DNA of 58,124 nt, counting the filler, from Asterionella formosa (Eukaryota): the NCBI GenBank assembly GCA_002256025.1. It is 4 parts of 4 records of this genome, joined end to end, with 100 filler letters (N's around TTAATTAATTAA, not from the genome) between each part and the next. Parts side by side here need not be neighbours in the genome. Positions count along the whole stretch, not along the records: positions 43,699 to 58,124 come from NKIB01005997.1; 3 more parts are not named here. One strand, 5' to 3'. Below, piece by piece: positions 46,877 through 58,124 of the stretch. A program made the position numbers and the translations under genes. Numbering within the stretch: the stretch's first letter is position 1; each line of letters opens with the position of its first letter. The notes beneath the pieces were generated by a model. The model searched no databases and was not told the DNA's origin. It saw only the letters and a program-made list of their open reading frames with translations.

Positions 46877-47810
46877 GGCAAGGTTTCCTATCTTATTCCA
46901 TTTCATTGTTAATGAAATGAAATGGAAAATTGTATATGACACAGGTTATGCCCTGTTTCTCTGAGCAGAGTGCTCGGTTTAGTTCGAGTACTGACTTGTT
47001 TGCACATTAATTAGCCATCAAATAAATATAAAACTACTGTACCAAAGAAAGAAGGATTCAAAGTAAATAACATATGTAGCATGGAACTGAGTCACATGAT
47101 ATTTGGCGGATACAACTTCCATTGACCTGGTCTTGTATAATTCTATATAGTAGTGCCTTTAAATGAATAAGGCTTTTAACAAAATGAGGGGGCCTGACCC
47201 ATTACCTTGTGAAAAAATTCTCGATCCTGTAGTTGATTGATGTCAAATGTCAGCCCTCAGTCTCTGTTAAAAGCTTCGTACTACTTCCCATGGGCTGGTA
47301 TTCTTTACGTAGACTCTTACGTGCTAGCAGTGCTCCCTAGTACCCTCACTTTTCTCTCTTCTCTGCATCTAGCCTTCCTGCAAGATAATCTAATTGACCA
47401 TCCTGTCAATTGACACACTGTTTCCTCAATTGATAATCTAAAATTAAATTAGAAGCTAAACTAAATGTTTCCATTTCAAGCAATCTTTGATTCCCACAAA
47501 GTTGTTCTTATACTCTCATTGAATTTCCACTCAACATTTCCATAGAAATCTTCTATCTTTGATCTTGTTAGATAGCTGACTGGCATAGCAATGCAAGATT
47601 CAACTTGTTGGATTATAATTAAGTCCACAATCCATGTGATTCAAGCTAAATTCTTGACAAGTGGCAACCAAAGAAAATGTATCAAGCCACAAAATGCTGA
47701 TAGCATCATGACATTCGCTCCTTATTCTTTGCATGAATTTTTGCAGTGCCTTCAAATAATTTGCAGCCAGATTGAAACATCATTATTAAGAAACATACAA
47801 AGTTCCATGG

Positions 47811-48809
47811 TTAGCAAAGAACTTCTTTCTTCATAACCACCGTCACTTCATCACATTTTCTGGAGAACCATGCTCGATAGGGCACAGTCAATAGCATCCC
47901 AGTAAACATCCAATAGATTGCCATTCGAACGATTCCAGTGGGAGCATTGTATATTGTTCGCACGGCCAACATTTTCGGCAAGAATCTCGCAAATTCCAAT
48001 GACGTTGATGTATCCAGGAAAAAATCTCGGTTCCTTTCTTGATTTAAAAATAGGGATTGTTGATTAAAATAGCTGAGATAAGTGTCGTCATCGGCAAATG
48101 CTAACAGTTTAACGAAAGTGACTTTGACAAAGGGTCTTAAAGGATTGTACTGTAGACAACCAATGAGCTCATCAATTGACGTGGTATCTCTCCAATTTTT
48201 AAAGCGAAACAATTGTCTCGCTCGATGCGTGACGATCTTTTCATTTTCGAGTGTTCGTTTGGATGAATGGTACAATCTCCTGTAGTGGTAACACTCGAGA
48301 TCCCACCAAGCCGACGGCGCCTGTGCTCTCACTGTATCCACTTGTTTCATGACCTTGGACGGTTCTGACATGTTGGATATATATCTCCGAGTACTGCAAA
48401 AATATGCCTCTAGATAGTAGAAGCCCAGAACTACAGAAAAGAGAGTCCATGCGTTCCTGGAAGGTTCGAAAATTAGTGCATTGAACAAGGTCCCGACAAC
48501 CAGTATCGTCAACACCGTTGCCTTGATATGTGTGACGGTCGCTCGCTGACCATTATGTGAGTGTTGACCGGAAACAACAGTGGGATAAAGATCCTTTTGA
48601 AACTCAACAATTCTGACAGGCCCATCGTTAGGTCCTAGCAGCCCGAATTGCCTGTTGAGAGGATTTAATGGCGAATGAGGGTTGATTGGCACTGATTTCG
48701 AGTGTGACGTCGAATCAGCAGCAGCTGATATCAAAAACAGGGAAAATAGAAGTCTCACCCAATGTTTTGAGAGCTGATGGAACGATCGGAGGTGATTTCG
48801 GAACGCCAT
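47811..48809 (-). CDS. TMEM151-family membrane protein
   Basis: YYLEAYFCSTRRY, APSAWWDLECYHY, KIVTH.A, W.D, and C-terminal YW.F..MLLTVPYRAW...KK. Confidence 0.8.
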   Translation of the reverse strand: MAFRNHLRSFHQLSKHWVRLLFSLFLISAAADSTSHSKSVPINPHSPLNPLNRQFGLLGPNDGPVRIVEFQKDLYPTVVSGQHSHNGQRATVTHIKATVLTILVVGTLFNALIFEPSRNAWTLFSVVLGFYYLEAYFCSTRRYISNMSEPSKVMKQVDTVRAQAPSAWWDLECYHYRRLYHSSKRTLENEKIVTHRARQLFRFKNWRDTTSIDELIGCLQYNPLRPFVKVTFVKLLAFADDDTYLSYFNQQSLFLNQERNRDFFLDTSTSLEFARFLPKMLAVRTIYNAPTGIVRMAIYWMFTGMLLTVPYRAWFSRKCDEVTVVMKKEVLC

Positions 48810-49046
48810 AATCTGCTAGGTTGCGGGGATAAACGATAAGTTATTGCACATCAACGGTGCTGTTTGATGTCGAATCCGACTTCAGGATGGTCATCCCGCC
48901 TGGCTGATCGAGACATAACAATTACTCCGACAGATGTGTGCTGAGTGAGGCATCAGCTCGAGATGATCTGAAGGGGGGGGGGGGTTGAAATACCGAGTCT
49001 CATATCATCGGTACCGGTAGCCTTTTTCGGATACCGGTACCTGGCA

Positions 49047-49839
49047 CCAGTAAAAAACTGCCATGACCCATTGAGTTAGGGTGTTTGTTTGACTCCTCCG
49101 ACTAATGGTAAATTCTACCGAATTGCGGATCCGTTTGTTCGATACCGGTAGTGTCAGAGCAGCATCGATCAATCAAGCTGTCGTGTTAGAATTCTGATTG
49201 AACGATTTCATCAGAAGATACGATGATAATAAAACTGCTAAAAAGTGATTTCAATGGGTCACGGCAGTATATGGTTTTTTTCTTCATATTCGAATATAAA
49301 TTAATATACATTTTCGAGGACGGATTAGGTCATGTATTAAAGCACTTGTCATGCGTGTTATTAGAAAGGTGCGATGAAAACCTGGTATGTACTCCCTACC
49401 TGTTATACCCGTGGTCATGCATTACGCATTTGCATGATGATGCCGTGCGCCTAAATAATTTGCCATCTCCGTAGAAGTCAATAACAAGACAAGAAATACT
49501 ATATTGTCGCAAATAAGGTGAAGGCTCAAATCAATATCGAAATTTTTAAATACATCGTCGTATTTCATATGATGCAGTGACTTCTAAACTTACCCTAATC
49601 CGTGTTCTTCATGGTTTTTCGGTTGATCGACCATTTCAGGCAATCTAGTATCGAGATGAATAACTTGCTCCAAATCTCAAACTAATTACATGGCTGACTA
49701 GCCTATATGCTCGGGAAGGAGCCAGAACTCTCAAAATCTATATTTATTTTAGTTTTGATTGCAAAACGTGTTATTCTGTGTTCAATGGGTCACGGCAGTT
49801 CAAAAATATTCTCAATGGGTCATGGCAGTTTTTTACTGG
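49047..49839. mobile_element. MITE / non-autonomous DNA transposon, 793 bp, 29-bp perfect TIRs
   Basis: CCAGTAAAAAACTGCCATGACCCATTGAG (49047-49075) is the exact reverse complement of 49811-49839. Flanks are CA and TA. Internal TCAATGGGTCACGGCAGT copies at 49251 and 49782. Confidence 0.9.
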
Positions 49840-49848
49840 TACCAGGTA

Positions 49849-51925
49849 CCACTTAAAAACTGTAACCCACCGCTCCGGCGACTTTTGAACTGTAAGCCAC
49901 CGCTATATGGAGTAAACGAACGGTTTGAACTTAGTTTACAAGATACGCTATTTATTGTCACGAACGAGTTGTTCAGATTTATATAGCGAGTAAATACTTC
50001 CGTACTTGTATTGTTGCATTGTGTACATTGTTAATTAGGTATTATCGCCCAAAGGTTGCTGTTGACGTGAAATTGCGAAAATTGGATATTTTCAAAGTTA
50101 CTTGATTGAGCAATATCACCTTTTATATGCGTATACATATATAAAAATATTCCTCCGCTAGAAAACTAATTAGTATCCTCTAAAATTTATTTAATATGGC
50201 TACGACGTCATTGCGCTTTCGCTTGTGCGCCATAATAAAGAGATAAATTCAGTAATGGAAAACGTCAAATAGGAATTCCTGGCGCGCCCGAATTATGAGT
50301 ACAACAATTAAATGCAAACACAACAATCACTCATCACCCATCACAATACCAACATCATGACCTCGAAAGCGCCTCGACAAGGCAATGCCTTGCCTCGAAA
50401 GAAATTGTCTCCTGAAGAGTTGGTCAGTTTTCAGATTTGTCTTAACAATGTGATTAGGGAGCTAGAAGCTTGGCCTAGATCCGTTTGCTGCTTGGGAAGG
50501 AGAAGATGAAAACATACATGGCAACAGCGGAAAGGGAAAACGATATCCACAAGGACCAGTCTGTGATGTGGAAGGGAAACAAATGCCTACATACTGCTGT
50601 GTGTCGGAAAATGGCTCAATCACTGCAGAGCTTCTGGTTGGCATGCTAAAGCACATGGATGACTCTTGCATCTTTCCTCGAAACAACGGGCCCCCACCAT
50701 TCCTAATACTTGATGGACATGGGTCTCGATTTGACATTTTGTTCCTTGAATACATAAGCAACCCAGTACACAAGTAGACAGTCTGTATTGGTGTTCCTTA
50801 TGGTACAAGCTACTGGCAGGTTGGAGACAGTAGTGAGCAAAACGGTTGTTTCAAAATGAACATCACAAAAGCAAAACGCAAATTGCTCACCCTAAAAGCA
50901 GATCACAGGCCAGAGCTTACAATTAGCAAGGTCGACATTGTTGGACTGGTGAATACGGCATGGGACAATTCCTTTGCAAATATTGCCACAAACTAGAAAG
51001 CAATTTATGAACGAGGATGGTATCCCCTGAACTATAATGTCTTGCTTCACCCTGAGATTCAACTAACCCAACCACAACAGAACATCAATGATCCCACAGA
51101 GACTGCCACTCTCTCCCCTGATGAGTTAGACCTCCATTCTTGCTTTGCTTGAACAATTGTTGGAAGAATTAACGAGTTTTGCAAACACGAGGATTTGCGA
51201 AATGGAATCGACCGGGAGGCCCAAGCTAGAAAGAGATAGGAGACAGCGGATTCACACAAGAAGAGGATAACAGCAGGACTACTGGCCTCTGCACAAACCT
51301 TTGCCCTTGGGCCAAATATTCTTTCTGCTACACTGGAACGGAAGCGATTTCAGACATTGTCATTAGTACAAAAGAAGAAAAAAGGGAACAAGAATTCAAT
51401 ACACTTTGCGGAAAAGTAATTACATTGAAGGAACAGAACAAAAAAAGAACAGATGTCTGTGCCAGAATTGAAATTAATGGTGGGTTGGTACAAATGATCA
51501 GGTGATTTGCCGGTTCCACAAAGAAGGCAAGCTCTGATTACAAGATTCGACGACACCAATCACCATGTGACCAGCAGCCGCCATTCCCTCTCCATACGAT
51601 TCCTATTGCTGTGGTTGTTGTTACTGCACTCCTCCTGTTGCTATTCTCTCTCCTTCTACAACTGCTTCTGCCGATCCACCATTCCGTGATGAAGTTTGAG
51701 ACTCTGCAAGCAAGTAATTGGATGCAAAGAAGCTCGAGATTAATGTAATGCATCAGAAGAATTCTTCAACAATGATGCTGCCCTGCAAAAGTGTAAAACG
51801 TAAAGTAATAAGAAAATAATTTTTGTAGTATTAACGGAGTAAAAAAAACGGTTTGGGGGTAAAATATATACATGTACAGATAAAAAAATATGCACTGTAA
51901 GCCACCGCCGCTATGCAATAATCTT
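49849..51925 (+). mobile_element. Degenerate pogo/Tc5-like (DDE_1) DNA transposon, internally deleted, right TIR missing
   Basis: TA|CCACTTAAAAACTGTAACCCACCGC left end; CTGTAA(C/G)CCACCGC at 49860, 49890 and 51895. Broken ORF contains SENGSITAELL, FLILDGHGSRF and GVPYGTSYWQVGDSSEQNGCFK. Confidence 0.8.
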
Positions 51926-52135
51926 AGTTGGCAAGAAAAGACTAATTTTGGCGACTTCAGGAAATTCCATGTATTTCCTGAAATTTCCTTACGCATTTCC
52001 TTACGTTTCCTGACAGTTCCTGAAGTTTCCTTAAGTTTTCCTGAAAGTCCTATGCGTTTCCTGAAAGTCATAGTATTTTCCTGAAATTTATAGGAATTTT
52101 CTGAAAGTCATAATGCTTCCTGAATGTCATAGTCA
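51926..52135. repeat. TTTCCTGAAA-motif-rich dispersed repeat
   Basis: About 12 TTTCCT(G/T)A units; same family as 1750-2006. Confidence 0.7.
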
Positions 52136-55100
52136 TATGCTGGGTGTTCTCGTTTTGCAATTAGAAGAATTCCGCTATATATTTCGCTGAATCGTGCTAT
52201 GAATAGAAGATGTTCTTTATACTTTATAAAATATGTCGATGTCCAGTGATATGTTGTCCGTTTCAGGAAAATGACCGCTGGTTGAAGGTAAAACAACGAG
52301 ATGCGGTCATTTTGCTTAAATAAACAATTCGATATGCGATAAAAACAGCTAAATCCTTGGTTCAGCAAAATTACCGCAACTTGCTGGAAGGTCCGGTAAT
52401 CAGCGCACATACCGTGCAGGTTGCTCGTTTTATGTTCATCGATTCATGTACGAGAAAAAGGAAGGGGTATACCCCAAAAATTGTCGAACCCCTAAATTTT
52501 GAAGATTACCGGAGCTTCCTGGATTGACACTTATAGGTATATCTGTAGTTGAGCAAGATCGCTCACTCTCCCACACCAAGGAAAACCTTTCACCTATGAA
52601 AAGGTTTGATATGACAAATATTAATTCAATCAGTAGTAGGTACAGTTCAGTGATATCATATAGTTTCAACATTGCACCATTCAACTTTCCGGGTTAGTAT
52701 CCCCGCCCTCTTTAATTCCCTAGTACTAAGCCTACGTGGGCAGTTTGTAGCGCTGCTGGTGACACCCTCCTCATTCACCATGTCCTCTTTGGACCACACT
52801 GCCGCTCCATTTGCTTACTCCTCCTCCACTTTTATTCACACTTAAATTGGTCTGTTAGACCTGCCGGTCAATCCACAGTAAAAATCATTCAAATCCGCCC
52901 ATTCTAGCCTGAGAAAACCAATTTCGCCTACGTTGCACACCACTTCTCACAGCGATTTCTTCACGCAAATCCTTTTTCCTCCACCCATGACCTTCCTATC
53001 TCTCTCTCCCACTTCCAACTCTCTCATATTCACCTGGAAGACCAGCCTCAGTAGTAGACCCTCCGGAAATCCCAAGGAACTGCTTTCCATTGCTGCCGCG
53101 ACCCACACTTTTTGCCATCGCTCAGGCACCAAAGGCAGCAGGAATAACACTTTTTCCTCTGATCTTGCTGCTTCATCGGAAATTGCGACTCCTAATAAGC
53201 CATCAGATCCATCATTCCATCAAGTACTTCAAATTTACTTATTGTCTAAGTCTGTCCCCTCTCCAATTTCAGTTGATTACACCTCAGAACAAGTCGATGC
53301 CAGCACTATCAAGACCTCTCGCTCTTCAAGCAATAATATACATCCATCCCTGCATTTCTTCTATCCTATTTATCACCCCCCAAAAAATACTGCTTTCACA
53401 AGCTTCAAGAATTTCTTCCGCTTTCAATCCGCCCATTTTGACTGCTGCATTTTATTTATCTGAATTTTGACACCTTCTTATCAATTTACCATCCACAGCT
53501 TCCATGCTATTCTTCTATATCTCTCTCTTGCTTCCTTCTGACACCACGCATCAAATATCTACTCAAGTTTTCTCAAACCCTGCTTCAAAGCTGTTTGTCA
53601 GCTTCTGTTTTCCATTCTATCACCTACTTGCTNNNNNNNNNNNNNNNNNNNNNNNNNNNNNNNNNNNNNNNNNNNNNNNNNNNNNNNNNNNNNNNNNNNN
53701 NNNNNNNNNNNNNNNNNNNNNNNNNNNNNNNNNNNNNNNNNNNNNNNNNNNNNNNNNNNNNNNNNNNNNNNNNNNNNNNNNNNNNNNNNNNNNNNNNNNN
53801 NNNNNNNNNNNNNNNNNNNNNNNNNNNNNNNNNNNNNNNNNNNNNNNNNNNNNNNNNNNNNNNNNNNNNNNNNNNNNNNNNNNNNNNNNNNNNNNNNNNN
53901 NNNNNNNNNNNNNNNNNNNNNNNNNNNNNNNNNNNNNNNNNNNNNNNNNNNNNNNNNNNNNNNNNNNNNNNNNNNNNNNNNNNNNNNNNNNNNNNNNNNN
54001 NNNNNNNNNNNNNNNNNNNNNNNNNNNNNNNNNNNNNNNNNNNNNNNNNNNNNNNNNNNNNNNNNNNNNNNNNNNNNNNNNNNNNNNNNNNNNNNNNNNN
54101 NNNNNNNNNNNNNNNNNNNNNNNNNNNNNNNNNNNNNNNNNNNNNNNNNNNNNNNNNNNNNNNNNNNNNNNNNNNNNNNNNNNNNNNNNNNNNNNNNNNN
54201 NNNNNNNNNNNNNNCAAATGTGCAAACTGTTCAGCATTTGGCTGGTATTTGTTAGGCAGATAGGTCACTAGCTGACCAACAGGAGGGTTCATTATGGCCA
54301 CTAAAATTTCCTGGGAAGAATCATAAAAGTTGGCATGTATAGCCCTTGGCACAGTACCCTAACCAGAAATACCCCTAGAGCACAATACCACAAGAAAACC
54401 ACTAGCTAGCAATGGTGTTAAATCAATCAGCTTAACAACAATGGTGGTGCTTTTCTTGGTAGCATTGATGATCTGATGGATCTGTAGGTCATTTGTAGGT
54501 GATTCCAATTCAGTGGCAATTCCAAAAGTTGAGCTTTTAACAATCCATCGGAGAAAATCATTTCACCACTCCACAATCATCGCTACACCTGTCCATAGAA
54601 CCATCTGTTTGGTGCTTCTCGTGCCCCTGTTGATCTGTTGATTGTAGCATTGTTGAAACCTGCCAATTGGTTGCTCTACTGGTTGCCAATGTCCGCATTG
54701 ACAAAAACATTTCTCCAATTTCTTGCAAATTAACCCATTCCCGATATCATTGCTTGTTATCTCTGCTTTCGCGGGAAAGAGGAGGTATGAAAATGGATAA
54801 GTGGTGAGTGAGATTCTGGTGGGCAAAGATGTGCGACAATATCCAGTCTGCTGGTCGTCACTCACTTTTGGGACTGTCTTGATGCTTGTTTCTTCAGCGC
54901 CAATATCTTTTCTTTACCTTTTGAGCGATCCTCAGCAATCAAGTCCAACAACTCATTGAATACCACAACATCACTGACAATATCTTGCCAAGGATCGTCA
55001 GTAGAATCACTCTGGAAGGATAGCAAGGAGGACAAGGAGGCCTTGGCAGATGAGTGAACGATTGTTGATTGCAATTGTACTGGTTTTATGTATAGATGAA

Positions 55101-55945
55101 GAGTCAGCCTACCAGTACCGGTAGTCAAATTCTATTATTTAAGTGATTTTATCAAGTGCTTTGGGTGTGAAATCAATTTCCTGAATGTGACTAAAGTTTC
55201 TGAAGAAAATTGTCTGCATCGGGAATATCGACAAATTTCCTGACATGACTGAAAAAAATTGAGTTTTCGGGAAATCAAAACCCGGCAAAGTCAAGTTTCC
55301 GACGTGACAAAGAACAGCCAAGAATGGTTTTCGGGAAAATATCTGAGTCAAGAGTTATTTTCTGGCACAGTAGTAAGCAATGGCCTAAACAGATTTATAA
55401 AATTACAAATATTCGTCGCAAACCGTGTGATTACCCGTTTTGTAATGATCAGTTTTTGGGTGTAACCCCTTGGTACCGGTAATATCAGACGAGAGGATAA
55501 TCTCGTGCGTTCTACATGCTGCTTTTGTCCCGAGGACCTCCTGGCTTGTTGCTGACGATTAAGGCTACACAAGAGACAAAATATCAATGAAGGTCGAGGA
55601 TCGATCATCAGTCTATCGCACTCACTACCGGTATCATAGGCACCGACAATNNNNNNNNNNNNNNNNNNNNNNNNNNNNNNNNNNNNNNNNNNNNNNNNNN
55701 NNNNNNNNNNNNNNNNNNNNNNNNNNNNNNNNNNNNNNNNNNNNNNNNNNNNNNNNNNNNNNNNNNNNNNNNNNNNNNNNNNNNNCGACAATCGACTGAT
55801 CTCAATTGCATGTTATTGTTGAACCTTGTTGTATTGTATTGTTCGCTCTTTGGTTCCATGCAGTTCAATCGGATGCGAGCCAAAAGTCCTTCAATTGCTC
55901 CTACCGTCTCACTATCTCTCAACACTCGTCGTAATAGCAAACATT

Positions 55946-56491
55946 ATGCCTTTGGCAGAAATAGCCAATGCCTTACTTGTGACTTTCATTGCAACTGAAT
56001 ATCAGTTCCGATCCGAGGACAGATATAATCTATTCCTGTCTCGAGCCACACGGATAGCACTACTTTTGGTGGCTGCTATTAATGTCATAGAACGAGTTTC
56101 TGGAGTGTCCGTATTTCTTCAGGAATTGCTTTATGATATGTATCATATCCCCAAAATACTTTTGGCGGCCGGAGCATACGTTGCCGCCTTGTATGTTGAC
56201 TGTCGTAGAAGCCTCTCATCCTTGACGCTCCGTGCGTTTGTAGCTAAAGTGGCCCTGGCATTCATGAAGGTGGCGCCATGGTATCCATTTTTGGCCGTCC
56301 TGATATCCTTTGGGTTTTTATTTGTCATCAGTATCTGGGAAGCATTGCATCTTCCTTTGGGATACTTGAATATGCCCATTTACTATGGAACGTTGTACGG
56401 GCCCTTTAGTATGGTCTATTTCAACGTAAAGAAGAAGATTATTGAAGAAAAGAACTCGTTGCCATTTGCACATCTCCAACGCCAAAAATAG
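55946..56491 (+). CDS. Hypothetical multi-pass membrane protein (181 aa)
   Basis: ATG at 55946, four to five hydrophobic segments, LNMPIYYGTLYGPFS, AT-rich 3' flank. Confidence 0.7.
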   Translation: MPLAEIANALLVTFIATEYQFRSEDRYNLFLSRATRIALLLVAAINVIERVSGVSVFLQELLYDMYHIPKILLAAGAYVAALYVDCRRSLSSLTLRAFVAKVALAFMKVAPWYPFLAVLISFGFLFVISIWEALHLPLGYLNMPIYYGTLYGPFSMVYFNVKKKIIEEKNSLPFAHLQRQK

Positions 56492-56788
56492 CAGAATTTA
56501 TCAGTTAGTACAAGATCTGTCATAAATTATGAGTGTACACATCTATACATTATATACTATATTCACATTATTATATTTTTAGTTCAGAGATGATTGTCGT
56601 TTATTGTAGACTTGTTCATCATCACGCAAATGCCAATATAAATGGCATTACATCCTTATCTATGTCGCCTGATCCCTTGCCATGACTGGACTTTGTTACC
56701 AAAATCTGGTTCGATTCTTTCATTGTTTTTTCCCATTGCCAATGGATTGAATTGACTTGCAGGTTTAAACCGTGCAATACTGTCATGA

Positions 56789-58123
56789 TCAGTGAGCAAA
56801 GCAACCAATGCTTGGCATCCCTTTCACATTGGAAACTCCCAAAAGGATAAGTTTCCCGTCTGCTGTCCTTGTGAATTTCTGCAATAAATGTGTATCACAT
56901 CCAGCAGCTATCAATGTGTGGTTCGGGAAAAGTTGAAAATGCCTGGGATTACCAGTGACAAGAACTTGAGATTTTCGTGTTGGTGAACCTGTCACTTCAT
57001 CTACGGAATAGGAAACAATCGAATTCTCGTTTCTTCCAAAAAGGAAGCCAAGTCCTCGATTAGATACATAGAGAAATTTGCCATGCTCGTCCAACGCAAC
57101 TTCCGCCGCAGAATTGATAGCCATTCCAATCGGTTTCAAAGTAGAATAAAACTCGGGCGATAGAGTATGCAGCTCTCCTAGCTTTGCTCCAATTTCTCCA
57201 TTTTCATTTATGCCATACCAAGCCAAAACATTCAGCAACTCTAACGTAACATAAACGAATTTTCCATTTGGATGAATAGCTACATGCCTGGGCCGTGGTC
57301 CCTTGAGAGATTTTTGGAGCAACCAACTAAGGAATCCAAATGGTTTGATATCCGTTTGAATGGATGCGGCAAATGCTGGCTTTTCTGTGGACACTCTGCC
57401 CTTTTCATCAGTACGATATGTCAGTAGCTGCGCCTGAGAAACATCAACTGCTATTAAATATTTCGCGTTTGGGGAATAGATTGCTTGGTGACACATAGGA
57501 CCACGGTAGCTTAGTTGTATCTCGGAAGGAGGCAACCTGTTGCCTTTCTCAGATTCTGGCAACTTTATGATTTGAACAGCACTGGTCAATGCGTCCTCTG
57601 TATCGCAGTCGAAGACGTGCACTGATCCTGATATCAATGATGCAACCACGTAGGTGCAACCATCAGGGGAGAAGGACGCGTGACAAGCTTGGTAGCAACC
57701 GTGAATGTCGCTTGATCCAATTTTTTCCAATAAGCCGTCGTCATGAATCCTGTAGGTGACCAATACTACTGGCCTCGTTCCCCAATATGACGTGAGAGCG
57801 TAGCATATCCTTCTATTTGGGTGCATGGAAATCCATTCAGTTCCAACACCTCCAGGTCCACCTGCCTTTAGCTCGTCCGGGTTTGGGGCATTTTCTATCA
57901 CCTGCCGAACATCGACAAGCTCACCTGTTGTTGCATTGATGGCAACAACGGCAATCGTGGTACTATCTGAGCTACAGTAAATGGTGTCCACCTCCTCGCT
58001 ATTTTGTTGTAAAATAATTGGGGCGCCGGCGTTAAGGTTTGTAATTCCTGAAACATTCTTGATTCCGAGATGAGAACGAGACCGGCCAAGCAATGCAACA
58101 AATAGTGGCCACCAATGTACCAT
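56789..58123 (-). CDS. Seven-bladed beta-propeller lactonase (YbhE/Pgl 6-phosphogluconolactonase / muconate cyclase family); start lies at window edge
   Basis: CHASFSPDG, CHQAIYSPNAKY, GPRPRHVAIHPNGKFVYV..EL, AAEV...GKFLYVSNRG, GNPRHF. Confidence 0.85.
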   Translation of the reverse strand: MVHWWPLFVALLGRSRSHLGIKNVSGITNLNAGAPIILQQNSEEVDTIYCSSDSTTIAVVAINATTGELVDVRQVIENAPNPDELKAGGPGGVGTEWISMHPNRRICYALTSYWGTRPVVLVTYRIHDDGLLEKIGSSDIHGCYQACHASFSPDGCTYVVASLISGSVHVFDCDTEDALTSAVQIIKLPESEKGNRLPPSEIQLSYRGPMCHQAIYSPNAKYLIAVDVSQAQLLTYRTDEKGRVSTEKPAFAASIQTDIKPFGFLSWLLQKSLKGPRPRHVAIHPNGKFVYVTLELLNVLAWYGINENGEIGAKLGELHTLSPEFYSTLKPIGMAINSAAEVALDEHGKFLYVSNRGLGFLFGRNENSIVSYSVDEVTGSPTRKSQVLVTGNPRHFQLFPNHTLIAAGCDTHLLQKFTRTADGKLILLGVSNVKGMPSIGCFAH

Positions 58124-58124
58124 A

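Noticed and set aside
53504..54352. Long ORFs spanning N runs (also 55348-55940)
   Set aside because: Artefacts of translating through assembly gaps.

Overview
Eukaryotic nuclear DNA, most likely a diatom. Evidence: short GT-AG introns, a plastid ALB3 with an AAA-FAP bipartite leader, and HSF, helicase-associated-domain and transmembrane LRR families typical of diatoms. The window is not one locus. It is four ~14.5-kb scaffolds joined by artificial 100-bp N-TTAATTAATTAA-N linkers (1-14473, 14574-29047, 29148-43598, 43699-58124). About 15 host genes are supported: TANGO6/RTP1-like, a small secreted orphan, a fucosyltransferase-like protein, FRA10AC1, ALB3, an LRR membrane protein, a Nudix hydrolase, an HA-domain protein, a four-domain dioxygenase fusion, COQ6, a carboxypeptidase fragment, HSF, TMEM151, a membrane protein and a beta-propeller lactonase. 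Between them lie decayed mobile elements: two copia remnants, a tyrosine-recombinase element, pogo-like and Plavaka-like transposase relics, a MITE and two copies of a tRNA-headed SINE. Three observations stand out. (1) A highly iterated TA-CC(A/T)GG-TA / TA-CCGG-TA motif family clusters 5' of most genes and matches the TA|CCA...TGG|TA termini of DNA transposons in the window, suggesting stacked excision footprints or a promoter element. (2) A ~370-bp structured tRNA-derived SINE occurs twice, each copy with a target-site duplication. (3) One ORF fuses PBDC1/Chp1, TFIIS-N-like, PhyH dioxygenase and alpha/beta-hydrolase domains. All family calls come from motif recognition by eye; no database search was run.
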